64,000 bases of DNA from Phoronis australis (GCA_002633005.1 NMRA01000461.1:124001-188000), one strand, 5' to 3'. Shown: positions 1 through 14,064, numbered from the stretch's first letter. Notes: a model not told the origin generated them from the sequence alone. Program-made: numbers and translations.

Positions 1-87
1 GCACAAACCTTTAATCTAACAAAGAAACACATGGCTACTTGGCAACGTTGTATACGTACTTCTCAAGTCATTACGTAAAGCACTTTG

Positions 88-255
88 AAGGGGGATCCAT
101 GATGTTTAGTTAGGGGGTGGAGGGTGGGGCGAGGCAGAGTATTATCCAGGATTGTGTCCGTCAGACTATTGCACCCCCGTCTGTCTAATGGATTGTGGGA
201 GAGTTTTAAGGGGATTGGGGAATGACCCCGTTTGCTCTCTCTCGATCCGTCACTG
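88..255. mobile_element. MITE with 5-bp TSD CTTTG
   Basis: Degenerate CAGTGxCGGATC-type TIR; CTTTG at 83-87 and 256-260. Confidence 0.6.
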
Positions 256-291
256 CTTTGATTCAGAATGAAACCTGAAATGATCAGTAAT

Positions 292-297
292 TTTATT
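292..297 (-). promoter_or_regulatory. Candidate polyadenylation signal AATAAA
   Basis: tttatt on the plus strand, about 133 nt downstream of the stop codon. Confidence 0.5.
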
Positions 298-429
298 ATT
301 ATCGTTGTTAGTAGTAACAGTGAAATCTACTACTATGTTGTTGACATTGTTCTTTATCTTTGTCCAATGCATAACGGATACACTGAGACGGAACCTTTTC
401 CGCGGTGGGGNAACTCGCAAAATCCGTAG

Positions 430-522
430 TTAATGGCCTGAGCATGAACCCATGAGCATCGAAAAGGTATCCAGAGCGATGTCACCCTTTTCTGAACGTC
501 CTCTTCTTCCAGTGAAGACAAG
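430..522 (-). CDS. Terminal coding exon, MAM C-terminus (LVFTGRRGRSEKGDIALDTFSMLMGSCSGH*)
   Basis: VF-G...GDIALD...G-C MAM end motif; ttccag acceptor, phase 0; TAA at 432-430. Confidence 0.9.
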   Translation of the reverse strand, partial: LVFTGRRGRSEKGDIALDTFSMLMGSCSGH

Positions 523-1153
523 CTGGAACAAAGTAAGTAACGCAGGGAATATTTTGACATTTCCACCCATTTGCAAGCCAACGGATGGCTCCAAGTTGTC
601 AATCAGTCTTTCGATGCCAGCCAATCAGGTGGCAGAAATATGTAAACACGGCTATAGTTCGACATGTATCTACCACAATCATCGGTTGTGAAAGAAAGCG
701 TACATGTAATGACACGAGGGAAGTGCAATGAAGATCAACGATATATGGAGAACGAACTAGTGACCTGTTGGCATGGATACATATGGCGATATGACAGGTT
801 ATTTTAAGATAAAATCATGAGATTTAGCACAATTGTACTTTAGATTGTAATGATATTTTTTACGGGCTGTAGTGTAGGGTGCCATACAGTTTCTAGGAAA
901 TTTCCTCATAACAATCCTGATGAAGCCAGTTGTAGCACCGAGATACTTTTTAGCCATTTTCAAGGAGGTCTAAGCATTGTACTACTGTGATGGTAATTTT
1001 AAGAGAAATCGGCTGAAATAGTAACCTTTTGACAGTGGTTAGCATTTGATTGCTGCATGGAAATTTATATATAGTAATAAAAGCAAAACCAGAACCACTG
1101 GAATAGAAAATGGCCACTTTGAGAGAAGGGTATCGGTCTGTTTCTTAGCAAAA

Positions 1154-1240
1154 TGTGTGTTGTGGGTACATGTATGCGTGCATGTGCGTGTGTGTGTTTG
1201 TGTGTGTTTGTGCGTGCACGTGTGTATTTGTATAGGTGTG
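1154..1240. repeat. Imperfect (TG)n microsatellite
   Basis: Visible TG dinucleotide run. Confidence 0.85.
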
Positions 1241-1274
1241 TCAAATAGACAGACTTCCAACCATTTGTACAACA

Positions 1275-1650
1275 GAGTTTAGGAGACCAAGTAGAACATT
1301 CGAAGACGATGTGACAATTAAGTCATTTATTGAGAAGTAATAATGGATGTTAAGGAGGTAATTACAACAAACTGCGCGAGAGAGAAGCCTCGTTTAAAAA
1401 TGATTTACCAGCGTTTTCTAGTCGTGGCAAAATCATACCAATTCTTGTAAGGACAGTAAAGATTCTAGGAAACTGGTTAACAACATTCTGAAGGTCGTGG
1501 TAACGTGTCAGCTACAAGAGGCCAGATGGAGAAATGGATGACGGTGGTGGACATGTGTGGCCTACCAGATTAATAAAGGCTTGGATATACCAACACGGCG
1601 TACTACCTCGAATATTTTGGCTATTAATGCTTTACGATGTGCCATTTGAA
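1275..1650 (+). mobile_element. HERO/NeSL-like non-LTR retrotransposon RT fragment, degenerate
   Basis: Readings TFEDDVTI and WMTVVDMCGLP..KAWIYQHGVLPRIFWLLMLYDVP resemble the GLPGK.KAW.YQHG.LPR.LWPL motif of this clade. Confidence 0.65.
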
Positions 1651-2099
1651 AAGAAAAAAATCTGAGAGATCCGATAGCACTTATCTGAGAAGATGATTAG
1701 GGGTATCATTGTTAGAAACCAGTGCTAATCACGTGTGTTGACTCTTTTTGCATTTATTCGAACGGCAATTTTCAAATAAATTTTGGAGTGTGCTACTACA
1801 CAATTCTTTCAAAACACACCTGGCTAATTAGAAAACCATCCTCTCAGTTCACGTTTCGTTCAAAAGAGTTCGCAATCTCATATAAAGAAATCGGTCATTA
1901 AAATATCACTTGCAAAAACATGATTCCTTCGTATGTTTCCGATTCCGCCAGAATAAAATGTCAGAATTGTACATGTACTCTAGTTTCTGAATAACATACA
2001 AGCGAGTTTGCTTGGGACATCTTTCCACGAATCATGAAATAAAGTTACGACAGAGCTACTCAGTAATAAAATGCCAGCGACAATAAGACGTTTGTCAAA

Positions 2100-3600
2100 A
2101 AATACTGGGTCCAGGCATTTCCGCATAGACTGCCGACTTTTTCAATAAAATACGTTTTGATGTTCGTTAGCACCTGGGAGTATTTTGTTTCATCCAGGTA
2201 CGAGTGTAATTCGCAAAATTCATGCAAATTTGTGTTGCACAGGTATACTAACTTGTCCAGCGTGTCTCTAAGTACACATTTACAGATGGGTTACGAGTCC
2301 AGAGTATCCAAAAGTTTCAGCAACTTACATGCTTGTTTGTATTCTACTGGCTGCAAACTACAGTTGCCACTTAAGTCAGTGGTGGTAGAATACCAATAAG
2401 TGAAGGAGCGTTAAGTGAAGCTTGAGGGCAACAGAAATGAGAAGAACATGAAAGGTAGAGTTGCAAACACTAGGAAAATAATCAGCAGCTAGGACAATAG
2501 ATGTACATGTAGTCGAGGATACTCTAAAACCTAAAGATGCGGTAGTTAGCAATAGAATAACACTGCAAACAAATAAATGGCCTACCGAGTACAAGGGAGG
2601 TGCAAGAAATAGTACGACAACACAGAAAGTAAATAAATCCTTGGAATTAAAAGACGAACACGTGAAAACAGCAGAAGTGATACCAGACGATGGTTGTTAC
2701 AACTACCAGGAAGCCAGTGCAGTCTGAAATAACTGAAATTTGCTTAACACAGTAAGGCGAATTGAAGAATCTCTTGGGATCTGTGCACGACGTACAAGCC
2801 CAACGAACATGTATACACGGCCCTCACAGAGAATGCGTTGTAGGCATCGCAAAGCAACAGCAAATCTGGAGCATACAGGTACATCTGTATGTTGTCATGT
2901 TCAGAGGCTGCTACAGGAGAGAGGTTGACGTGGAGGCATAACAAGGTCTAAGGAGCAGCGGGAGGACGCTTAAGGCATAAAGTGAACATGGTGGTTGATG
3001 GGAGACCCAATATTCACTAGTTTAGTTTGCACAGGAGGTGACACCATGAAACAGCATAGGACAAGACAAAATTCGGATACGACAGGGGATTAAACATTAA
3101 CAGCGAGCTTGCATCGTAGGTACTCGATAACAACCTTCGTACAGACATAGAAATTTGGTAAAAAATAATCAAGCAAGTGACACTACTGGAACTACTTGTG
3201 CTGAGACAGGAACGAAGACGGTGATGAGAGCAAGAGAGGAAACTACCACGAGCTGGTCGAGAAATAGGATAGGCTGGAGGGTGTAGTGCTTCCCTGTCAA
3301 AGTTGGATGCCGATGTTTTGTGCATTCACTCTCAACAAGACCTTCCTTCTCCAGAAATTTTGCAACATGCAGACTGACAGGAAAAAGGTCCAATTTAGTT
3401 CATGGTACCCAATTTGTAGGAGTACGATATGACCTGTGCAAAGTGGGTGAGACAGAACGAAAACCGAAAAAAACGCATTGACCAACATGTGTGGCCGGAC
3501 AGGCTTTTGCGTGTTAGCGAGTCACTATTCATATTGTGATGTTCATTGTGACGTCTACGTGAAACTATTTTTTGACTGGTCATTGATAGGCAAATGTCCA
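2100..3600 (-). mobile_element. Highly degenerate CR1/L2-like LINE (endonuclease-to-RT linker region)
   Basis: Weak remnants such as FDRE.L.P.Y.I.R..RG and YFPSV; many stops; boundaries approximate. Confidence 0.4.
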
Positions 3601-3744
3601 CGAGGATTCTCTGGAGACCTCGTGGTCTGAGGGAGTCTTAGATGGGTTTTTGAAGTGTGACTGTATCGACGGTATCAGTGCAATGTACGATTGAACTGCA
3701 GTTGCTGGTCTTGTTATTTATTTGTAAAATGTGTCATTTCTCAT

Positions 3745-3864
3745 CTTCCTCACAGGTTTACGCGACACTTCTCGGCAAGGTAAGGTCGACCATATGCGAG
3801 GCCATGTACATATAGAGCGATTAAGACGGTAAAAAAGACTAATTCTATCGGGTGGCATTTTCCT
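3745..3864 (-). mobile_element. Terminal fragment of the same Kolobok family
   Basis: Reverse complement of 63387-63505; ends GGGTGGCATTTTCCT|TTAA. Confidence 0.75.
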
Positions 3865-3977
3865 TTAAGGTTTTGTTGTCGCTGGCCAAGGTAGGATCGT
3901 AGTCTCACTAGCGGCACCTAGTGAATTTTGAGTAACTATCCCATTTCCACTTGTGCATTCATTCCAAGTGTGCCTAC

Positions 3978-4156
3978 CTTCGCACTTTCCTCTGCATCAA
4001 TGGTGAGTCTAGTAAGCTGCCAGTTCCTGCCTCTGTTATTTGTTTCCTTGAACAACACAGTCTCAGAGTTGCCATCTTTGGACACATTTCTCAACTTGAG
4101 ACTACCCATTCCCCTACCATACATGTACCATTTGAAGGAGAAACAGTATGTACCAG
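3978..4156 (-). CDS. MAM domain exon 3 (GTYCFSFKWYMYGRGMGSLKL...NRGRNWQLTRLTIDAEESAK)
   Basis: C-F-F-Y-MYG-GSL and G-W MAM motifs; tttcag / gtaggc; phase 1-0. Confidence 0.93.
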
Positions 4157-6363
4157 CTGAAAAACATTACGTATATAAGATGATTACGGAACTGAGCAAC
4201 TGTTACTGTCATAATAGTTTTTACGTGTACTGTAGGTGAACACTAATTTGAATACAAGTCAGTGGAATGAACTTTTGGATACTTCTTGAGAACTTTCAAG
4301 CGGCAATTTTATTTTTCTTGTATAATCTAATTAAACTATATCGCAATTTAAAAAAAAATCCTTGTTTTTAGTTGAACATTTTCAGTTTTGAAGGATTAAA
4401 CCGTCATGCTGGTAAGTGTTATCACACGTGACATCCGGGTGTGACGCACAGCCAGCTAAAGCCAATCTAAAACGCTTGCCAGGAATCAAGTGTGGCTTAT
4501 ATACTTTGCTCTCACACGTGCAATCCAGATTCAAGTCTCGATGTCGGCGAAATTTCCTTCACACGCCTACATGTAGAGGTGCATCAGAGTTAGATATGGT
4601 GGCTGTGAGACGGCTGTTACAAATCTGCCTTCTACCACAGAACCCGAAAAAAAAAACAAACCAACCGATCAGGCTAAAACTTAACACCCCCGTGTGCACA
4701 ACCTTATCACAAAAAAGCAAACACGACAAAGCTGTTCAGGTTGCAAACAACCTTGGAAAATGTTCAGCTTTGGCTAACTTCGGAGTATCTTATCTCACGA
4801 ACGGCTGCTTGGGATCAGGTATAACTTTCAGATTCTATGCTACATGCCTTATCTGTTCCCCAAAACAACGCTAGGAATTATTCTTAAAATTTCCACTTTT
4901 GCAGCAGATGCTATCAAAAACAAGAGTTTTTATAACTTTTATAAAATAACGTCAAAATTGCGAAAGTGCAATGATACTTTAAAAAATTACAGCATTTTTG
5001 AGATCTCGCCTTATTATATGTATCAAACAAAATTGGATAATGCTATTCATCCCAATGTTTTTAATCACTGTAGGTTTTTGTTTGCCCAAATTTTATTTAA
5101 AAGACATGACCATGTGACCCAGTTGATAACATAATGGTAAATTAAAAAAATAAACCCACAGGACGTCTGCTTTCAGAAAATATATTTTATATATATTATT
5201 CAGATCTAAAGATTTGTAGACATTTGCGAATTCAACGTATCTCAAGCTTTGCCCCCTTGCAAAAAGTCGACAAACAAACACTAAGTTTTACCCGACAACA
5301 TGTTGTTTGTCGGGAAAAATGACGGCTTGCAAGCGAAGGTTTATCAATAACGCTGCGTTTTGAAGGGTCACTAAGCTGTTACTCAAACGTCTGGCACTAA
5401 GTTAGTTGTGCAGCCCTGTCAAAAAGAGCTACATATCCTTAAGAAGCACAAAAACACTACCAGTATATTTTAACACTGCTGTTGAGTTATAGTGAATCAG
5501 ATATTAATAACCACAGAAAATTCAGAAACAACAACTGGTAATCGAATCCTGGGTGTCGAGTCACGGTTCTACTGGTATTACCACTGAGTTATTGAGGGCA
5601 TGAGGTGGGTCAGGCCATCAAACGTAAGATGGAGCGAGCGATTACGAGTTCATACCTTAAGTGGCCGACGTGTACTTTTTCCAATAATTGTTCACAAAGC
5701 ACAGGCGAATATCAATTCGGACATCGCAAGAGGCACCCCTGCCACTGTGAAGGGTGTAGAACGGTGTTAGTTTAGTTTCACGGGTTTCGGAATATTCTTG
5801 CGTGATAGCAGCGTATACCGTTTTAAAACTGTGTCGGCTTGAATCGTGTCGGCAACGTTGCAACATCATGTACACATGAGGGGGGTCTAAATAAACACCA
5901 ATTTCCGCGGCAGCGTCCTGTAGCACCAGCAGATTGAAACGTGACATGCTCCGCTATAGTAATGCTCTTCAAACTATTCCTAAATTTCATGAAGACCTGA
6001 CTTAGAATTTTTGAGATATCCACTGGCAACCGAACATCTTAGATGCCCGAACAAGATGACGATATGCGACCACTTGTGAATATCGGAGCACAAAAATGAC
6101 CTCTATCCCTAAAAAAATCCTTCAAAGCGTTGGCCAAAATACAAGTAGGGTTGGGAAATCTTCCAAGATTAGACCGCTTCAATCGTTCTGATAACTCAAT
6201 TCCTTTTTACGGTAGAAACAAAAGTGTTGTTGTTTTGTAATTAGTTAGCAGGTATTAGATTAAGTACGTGTAGGTAACCAATGTGAAGTTAGCCTGGCGA
6301 AGAAGGTACAATTTAGTTTTATCTCATGAAAGGCGCTGAATGAACGATACTTGACCAACGTAC

Positions 6364-6487
6364 GGGGAAAGAAGTAAGTACGTATGCGAGCTCGGTCATT
6401 TTTATTAGCATCGGCAGCGTTGATGTAGATGTAGGAGCTACCACTATCCCCTCCATCAGGACCTGTTCCTTGGGTTGGTGTGGATCC
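6364..6487 (-). CDS. MAM domain exon 2 (GSTPTQGTGPDGGDSGSSYIYINAADANKNDRARIRTYFFP)
   Basis: TP-TGP-D...YIYI...AR MAM motif; tttcag / gtacgt; phase 0-1. Confidence 0.92.
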
Positions 6488-8383
6488 CTGAAAGTGTTTA
6501 CAGAAAAAAACATATGTTAGCCAAAATTACATTGCAATTATGCAGGCTGAAGAGGAAACTATCTTTGTTGAATGGCGTGCTCAAGGAAATTAATCAGCGT
6601 GGTAGCGCTGCAACCAAAACAGCTGAAGCTCGTCTGTGAGGGATGAAAAGTAGCCCAGGAGGTTTCCACCACTCTAGGAAAAGACAAATTAGGAATAACT
6701 GCAGGCAGGCGGGAAAACGATACATCAGATCCGCACAGGCTGCTCAAGTGGGCATGTTGCAGTGATGACATGGAATCATTTCATGCTTTATTAATATATA
6801 GTTAAATTTGAGCTGAGGAGATAAAGACTCAGCTCAAAGGTCTTGCAGTAGACTCCAGTGGGACCCACGTTCTTGAGTAAAGGAACTGGACACCAGGCCA
6901 CACTTCCTCCTCAATAAACGAAACATAAAGTAGTCATATTGCTGCAAGCAAAAACATTTGCTATTTGTCTTTCGTGCCAGCTTTTAACTGCATATTTTCT
7001 TTTCAGTACCAATTATACCGTTTTTCTCACTTATGTCTAGGGCAGTTACGGGTACTTGTTGGAGAAATCCGTGTGTTTTCCAGGTTATTTTCTCTGTGAA
7101 GGTGCATCAAGATACTTGCAGTGCTGTGCTGGAGACCTACGCACTCTAGTAGGCGATGGGCTAGAATTTGTAGGCTTCTAGAAAATTGTTTTTGTGAGAT
7201 TTTTATGGGGGCAATTTTATTTTGGTGTTTTTTAATTCATTTACTGGAGTGTTTTCAAAATCTAAATAGTTCTTACATATAAAGTTGCAGATTTTTTGAG
7301 AAATTTGAGTTTGAAGTTGCATAATAACCACCATAGAGCTTAGAGAACTTATATTTGTAAAAAAAACAACAACACTTTTTGCTATCTTTTTGTAAAACAA
7401 GTAATATGTTCAAATCGATGTCATTGTATTGGACAATGATACACTCGCATTACATGTTTTACTATTGTAGACTAATTGTAAACAGTGAAATTTAAAAAAT
7501 GTAAAGTGACAACTAGAGCAAGAAATGCAAATTAAGTCTGAATGTTACTAGGAGGTTATTTTCGTATTGTCTGGCAACAAAAATAACACAAAACACTTGA
7601 GACTGGGCAAAATTTTTGACTCAATGACTCAACCATTGACTAATGTTGTAGAATATAGCTTGTTTGCATAATACACCAGAAATACGTTATAGTACAAAAA
7701 AGAATATAATGAAATGATCTATGTTAATGTGCAAACAGACTGTATGGGCATAGTTGATTATTCTGACAGCATTTAGCAAGCAGTATGAGACAAATACATG
7801 ACAATGATCAAAGTATGTACCTTCTATGGCTTGATCAACAAATAAAATTCACTTTTTAATACAAAAACATGAAATAACGTGGTTGGAAGTCTATTTAGGG
7901 TTGACTTGTCAAAAACTGTCCAATATTATGAAGTCAGTGTTGCTGATGTCATTTCAGTTGTCACAGCTGCACATTTCTGTACAGTTTCCCAGGACAAATG
8001 TTCTTTTTGCACTTGCAGCGTTCATCATTTAGTACTTTCAATGGAGCTGCAGGCATTGCCATACATTTTAACTGCAAATCTCCACCGCCAAGGAGCCAAA
8101 TATGGTCGATTAGAGAGGGTACAGCACTGCACACTGGTGATTGACCCGCATGCAGTGGAGGGTCAAACACTACATCCTTGTTTGGAGGCGGACAGGATTT
8201 GGGCAAAATGTTTGATTCAAAATATGTTATAATGAGCTGTGTTAATTAGTCAGCAAAGGAATTACTAAATATTAGCCTCAATTCACTTTCGTATCTCTTA
8301 GTCGGGCACAAACTACAACAGCAAGTAGCTTCAACAGGCGTTTATTAAAATTGCCAGTCCAAATAACTTTATTCACACAAGCT

Positions 8384-11300
8384 CACCCCGGCCAACCCGC
8401 GATCGAGAACGCCCGGTAGGCGATCGAGAACGAGACTTTGCACCGAAAATGGCAGACGACAGTGACATACCCGGTGAGTTTATGTGTCATTTTCTGCTTA
8501 AATAGAGGCCACTTTGGTACAAATCTACATACGGAAAAGCGTCAGAGTGTTACGTTTGTTGTGGATCTGAAATATTTTTTTAAAATAAAGAGCTCATAAA
8601 GCAATGGCTTTCGGTAAAATGCGTTGCGCCTCGTAAAATCGACAATTTCTACTTGTTATTAACAATTCCAGGGTTCTTAAGAAGAGACGTGTGACGTTTA
8701 TAGTTTTATCGTCCCTGGTGACACCTTTGTTAGTTATGATTTGTGAAACAATTTGATATATTTACCAATACAAGCAGGCTTTTGTGTGAGGCGACGATCG
8801 GGAACGATGTCATTAATTCTCTATGGCGATCGTGTACGCACATTTTTTTTTCTCTGCAGGCCTGAATAGTCGTTCAAGTTACGGTATTATGTCAATGATT
8901 TTAGAATATAACGGAACCTGAATTAGTTGATCCCTGGGTTGATTATTAATTACATTTCATCGTTTTTTCATTATTTGTAAGTGAGATTTAACTTAACAAA
9001 CATAACTGAAAGCGTTCGATTTTTTCAGTTGAACTTAAGCCGCACGAGGAGTCCTTCAGGGTGTTAAAGTCCACGCCTTCAAAAAAGAGTAGTACAACTT
9101 CTGCATGTCACAACGGAGTGTGTGTGTGTGTTCGAGCCTTGTTCAGGAACAAAGCAATCGACTTGGTATGACCACATGGCAATAAAATACAGTGGCACTA
9201 CAACACAGCAAGACCTTTACCAGCCCAGTGATTGACCCGTTGCCTGTGTCAAGAGTTTTTACCAATATAGTAAAACACAGCATGAAGCATCGTGCTCAAG
9301 AACGAAGTCGAATCAGTGTCCTATCTGTGATCAATGTTTCACGGAAATTAGTGAGCCTGATACGACACTGCGTCACAGCAAGAGGACACTCCTTTTGGTG
9401 GTGAATGTGGCATGTCATGCAAACAGTATGAATCCTTCTACAGAAATAGCAAGACAGTGGCAGATCTACGATTTCAGTAAGGGGGGGGCTTAGGATTCGA
9501 AAGAATCCGAGGCGCGTAGCGCCGAGGAAAAGGAAGGTCGCGAGAGGGTTTCCCTCCTCCCGTGTAAGATTTTTTGGGATTTTTAGTAGCTAATTTCGTT
9601 TTTCTGGCGATTTTTCCCGTTTTTATTTTTAATCCTGTCCCGAGGGGGGGTTTAAAGCCCCTGAACCCCCCCTGTAGATCTGCCTCTGCAAGATGAAACG
9701 TCATTAATGAAATCATTAAGTCCAGTGGTGAAGGTTGTTAAGCCACTATAGTTTATTCAGATTGACAGAGTCTGTGGTTGGTAGTAGTCTGATGTGCAGT
9801 GCTGTAGTGGTAAAATTAAGGTAAGTAGGCTCCCAGAGCCCCCCCCCCCCTTATCACCTTGAGCACTGAACGTAACTTACGGTGCGTAGGCGCTATGTTC
9901 AAATGCCAAAAGGTGGTTGGCTACGCCTACGTGCGCTTACGCCCCCTGCTGATGTGATAGTATTTTGACGTTTTGTTTTGAACCGTTTTTCCTCCAGTTT
10001 CTTTCTATATTGTGTTATTTCAAAAGGATATTTAACAGAAACAGTACATTTTTGTGATATTTAGGTAGATTTAAATGGCCATAAGATGTGTCATTGGGCA
10101 ATACTAACATACAATTATTCTGACCAGTTAGTATTTTAAAAGAAAACGTATGTCTATGGTTATTGTAGAAATTGATTTCATATTGTTGTTGATTTCCTGT
10201 GAGAGGTCATTATACCATTAATCAGTCCAAAACACATTGTCTATGATTCAGTGATGACTTAGTCCCATACATTCCAAAAGCAATTCATTGGAAATGTTCA
10301 ATGGATTTGTTATGTTGATTTCCCTAAAGCAGTAAATTTATATATTTTGTAAGACCAATTTTGAGGTGTGTGTGATGAAAGATTAATATTTTTACAGAAG
10401 TACTATAATGTCGTTGATTTCCAGTGTAAATCACTACAGCGTGTAGTTGAAGTGACGTTAATGACAGCATGTTGACTATGTTTTAAGAAAATCACAATGT
10501 GGTATGTGTATTATAACTGAGTCAATCTTTTTTCAGTGCCACATTAAACTGGAGATCATGAACTACTGATGATGCAGGTGAACTTTGGACCAAGACTACA
10601 AAACAGAAGAGTCAACCACAATGTACATTCAAGCCACACGGGTGCAATTAGTCAATCTGATCATCTCTGTATCCATGTTATCAGTAAAACATTAAGTAAA
10701 ATCCCACCCGTTTTATCAGCACACCAGATTACGCAACTTCTGCCCAATTTTTAGATCCCACACGTTTATGAGTGTCAGTCTTTGAATCATCTCGTGAAGT
10801 GTTGCCACACTCTCCCCTCTTTTATGGGCAAACTCATCATCGTTCTTTATTTATTTTTCCTTTTGCTGTCACAGATTTACAAGAAGAGTCTACACTCCCT
10901 TTCACCTCGGTGCTTCAACAATTTGTTTACCCCTGGCTGACACGCCACATGGGGACTGTTCAGTTTAGAAACCCTTGTTCTCAGTGGTTTCGTCTAAAAG
11001 TAGATGCCTGTACTTTTCAAAACCCTGGTAGGGCGTACCCTCATATCGTGGGTAACATGTTCGTTGCAGCTCGCCTCACAATAGCAGTGAACTTGTTACC
11101 TGAAATGAAAATAAATAAGTTTGTGAAACTAAAATTATGCTTGATGTACATGTAGTGCTCATGAGAATTTGAATATGCTATGCCGTTGTTCAGTTTTGAT
11201 ACGAAAGTAACACAGTAATGACATAAAATGTGATTAATTCATTGCACCATACTTAATTTGCAACCTTTTTCACGTTTTATAAGTAAAAGGTTCATTACTG

Positions 11301-11783
11301 TTCGACACACCACGATGCGTTCGCGATCGCATAAACAAAGCACAAATTTGCGTTCCCGATCGCTTATCGTTGCGTTCTCATCTTTCAGCAGAAAAGAGTC
11401 GAAAAGTCAGAGATCCTGACAAAACTACAAAAAGTGTTTCGTTATGTTCTCACAAGACATTTCTTCATAACACCATGGTCAATTTGTTGATTTAGTGCCA
11501 AAAACAACGGCAATTTGCTAAAATGACATACAAATCATCTTCGGCTTAAGCGATGCCTCGGTCAGCGTAACTTTTCTCCTATAAATGGAAGAGACACTAG
11601 TCTAAACCTTTACCTGTCCTTCCTCGATGTGTTACGACTTGAACTAATGTCTCTGTTTTCAAATTGGAAGTAAAAACAAGAAAAATTCATCAAATTCACT
11701 CACCTTGCCTGGCTTTGCTTCTCGCGCCAAATTTCGTTCTCGATCGCCTTCCGGTAGTTCTCGATCGCGGGTTGGCCGGGGTG
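8384..11783. mobile_element. Non-autonomous CACTA/EnSpm (CMC)-type DNA transposon
   Basis: Perfect 27-bp TIR CACCCCGGCCAACCCGCGATCGAGAAC, 2-bp TSD CT, and repeated subterminal GCGATCG(A/G)GAAC motifs at both ends. Confidence 0.85.
9455..9688. mobile_element. MITE with 5-bp TSD CAAGA, nested in the CACTA element
   Basis: TIR CAGTGGCAGATCTAC / GTAGATCTGCCTCTG; CAAGA on both sides. Confidence 0.85.
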
Positions 11784-11942
11784 CTGCTTGCTGAAGAACA
11801 GCTTCAAAGTTTTGCATATTTTTTCATTTTAAAAATATCAAGACACGGCACAACCTTAAAACGTTGGATTCGCAACATAGAGGAATAATAATCAGTGTTA
11901 ATAAAAAATATATGTGCGTCGCAGTGAAGCGTAAGTCCTTAC

Positions 11943-12034
11943 TGTGTTCCATTTCCAATCGAACTGATCCCTGCTACCTTGTTTCCATCCGCAGAAGTCG
12001 TCCTGGTTATCAAAGTCACACGTTATTTGGTTGC
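11943..12034 (-). CDS. MAM domain exon 1 (NQITCDFDNQDDFCGWKQGSRDQFDWKWNT)
   Basis: CDF...CGW...FDW MAM N-terminal motif; ttgcag / gtaagg; phase 1-0. Confidence 0.93.
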
Positions 12035-13547
12035 CTGCAAGCAAACGAGTGAATAAGAAAATAGCACCTACATTTTGCTTTGCTACAGGGACAGGGTAAT
12101 TACATGTATGTTGTACTGCTTCAGTGAAAGCGTTTCGTCACACCAGCCACTTCGAGAAAGTATGAGCGCGGAAAATTTAAGTGCATACTTCAAGTTTGGT
12201 CCACACCAAAGAAGACACTCGTTACTAATATAAATTTCATATGGTTCTCGGCATGATCTTCTTGGCTGCGGGACCGGTCGAGCTTCAAACACCTAGGCAT
12301 ATCAACTGGACGTTATATTATCCTAGGCGAAAATATGAGACACATACATTTAATTAAGTACATAATCGCATCTCGACTCGATTATATGGTAATAGGGGCC
12401 TAAAGCGTTCAATGACTTGATACCGTCCACGGAGCCGCATGGGGTTTGGCAACCGAAGACCACGGAAACATTGTCTACAGGACAGACTATTAACAACAGT
12501 CACTTGCTTGGCTAAACACGGTACGGTGGTTTCTGTTATGACGTGATGTTCACCGACTGGCCATGCAATGTCACGTCACACGAGCCGTCGACGACAGAGG
12601 TAGCAAAGTGACCAATTGGACCCTGTAGGAGGCACAAACCCATGACCGTGTGGACAGAGCAAATTAACAGTGGTAAAACGCACAAAACAGATAAATCATT
12701 GCATGTTAATAAGAGACGAAGAAATCTCAGAAATTAAACATTGATGTTTTTTAATATCAAAAAAATTACGTAGACTGACACCCCAGACTTATCAGGTGGT
12801 GTATGGACATAGGGAGAATTATGTTACCCGAGATTCATATATTAGGCAATCATTGAGTTTTACCAAGCTCCGTCCCCGTAATTATCACAATTTTAGGTCT
12901 GAAAATTAACAGATCAAATGTGAAAAAATAAGTGTTTTATCACGTTCTCCCATTTGCTAAATGTTTCGTGGAATTGCGCTTCTATTGTAACTCGTAACCG
13001 AAATAGCAAGTCTTTTAAACCTTTTTATGCCTCAACTGGCCGTTTATGTGAAGCGTACATGTGCACGTACGACGAAAAGAATGATATGAAGAAAAGGTGA
13101 TAATAGTTTAATGGGAGGCTTTGGAAGCGACATGAAGTTGTGGAGTTAAACGGAGTCAAAATGAAAGTGATGATGGCACGTTCAAAGTTCCATGTACTAG
13201 TGTATTCATTGGGGATCTACTGACGAAGAATCAATTGCAGTTTGTACTAAAGCACCCATTAGGTACAATTATTTACTTTAAACCTGTCCTTCAAATTTTA
13301 TGAAGTAGTCAATAGGGTTGTTGAAAAATAACGATTTTTCGATGACACTGGTGTGTATAAAACCCGTGCGAGACAATTCTGGGGTTGTTCACACCATTTA
13401 CTCCACCCAATTTTGTTCATAAATGTGCAACTTAACAGGTGATATCCGGGTGGTATTATTTGATAAATCTGGTTCTGCTGGTAGGTTCGTTTGCATGACA
13501 GCGTTTTCCCGTTCAGTTGCTTCACCAGACGAAAGGGGGTTCTGAGC

Positions 13548-14005
13548 GCGTGACAACACCTAGCTTCCTTGTTAACTTCCAAGCAAATTCCTTTGTCTGT
13601 TATGACAACAGAAACGCCAATTATCTACCAGGATTATTACAGACCGTGAGTGAACCCCGGCAAACCCAAAGCGAATTGTTACATTCAGAAAGAATAGATT
13701 ATCGTAACTTCGGTTGCAGTTGGGCGATTTTGGCGATTAAAAAATAAACATAAGAACCATTAGACGAGGATTTCAGAAATGCTATTTGTTTGTGTTCAAA
13801 TATGTTATAATTTAACTTTTATTTTTAACAGCACAGTCCAGTCAGCTTAAATATGATCTTTTTGAAGATAAGAGCAATTATCGAAAAAAAGAGATCTGGC
13901 CCTCGAACCATGAATGTCGGAATGGAATCAACCAGTCGTGTAAGATATTGCCCAACTTCTTGCTGGGCTATGGAGTCTAACGAGTTGGGAGCTCCGGGAA
14001 AACGT
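13548..14005 (+). repeat. Dispersed repeat, inverted partner of 46853-47278
   Basis: For example cgtaacttcggttgcagttgggcgattttggcga matches the reverse complement at 47127-47160; the core is roughly 80-85% identical by eye. Confidence 0.88.
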
Positions 14006-14064
14006 CATACTTTTCCTTCATCTAGAGCCAACATAGGGGGGTATAACAACACAAATTTACTTAC

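Noticed and set aside
354-691. ORFs 354-602 and 452-691 as LINE RT remnants
   Set aside because: The region is fully explained by the terminal MAM exon; these are alternative or antisense frames.
8384-11783. ProtoRAG/Transib-like transposon (CAC termini, convergent exons)
   Set aside because: The TSD is 2 bp rather than 5 bp, there is no heptamer/nonamer-like layout, and no RAG1/RAG2-like coding remnant was seen.
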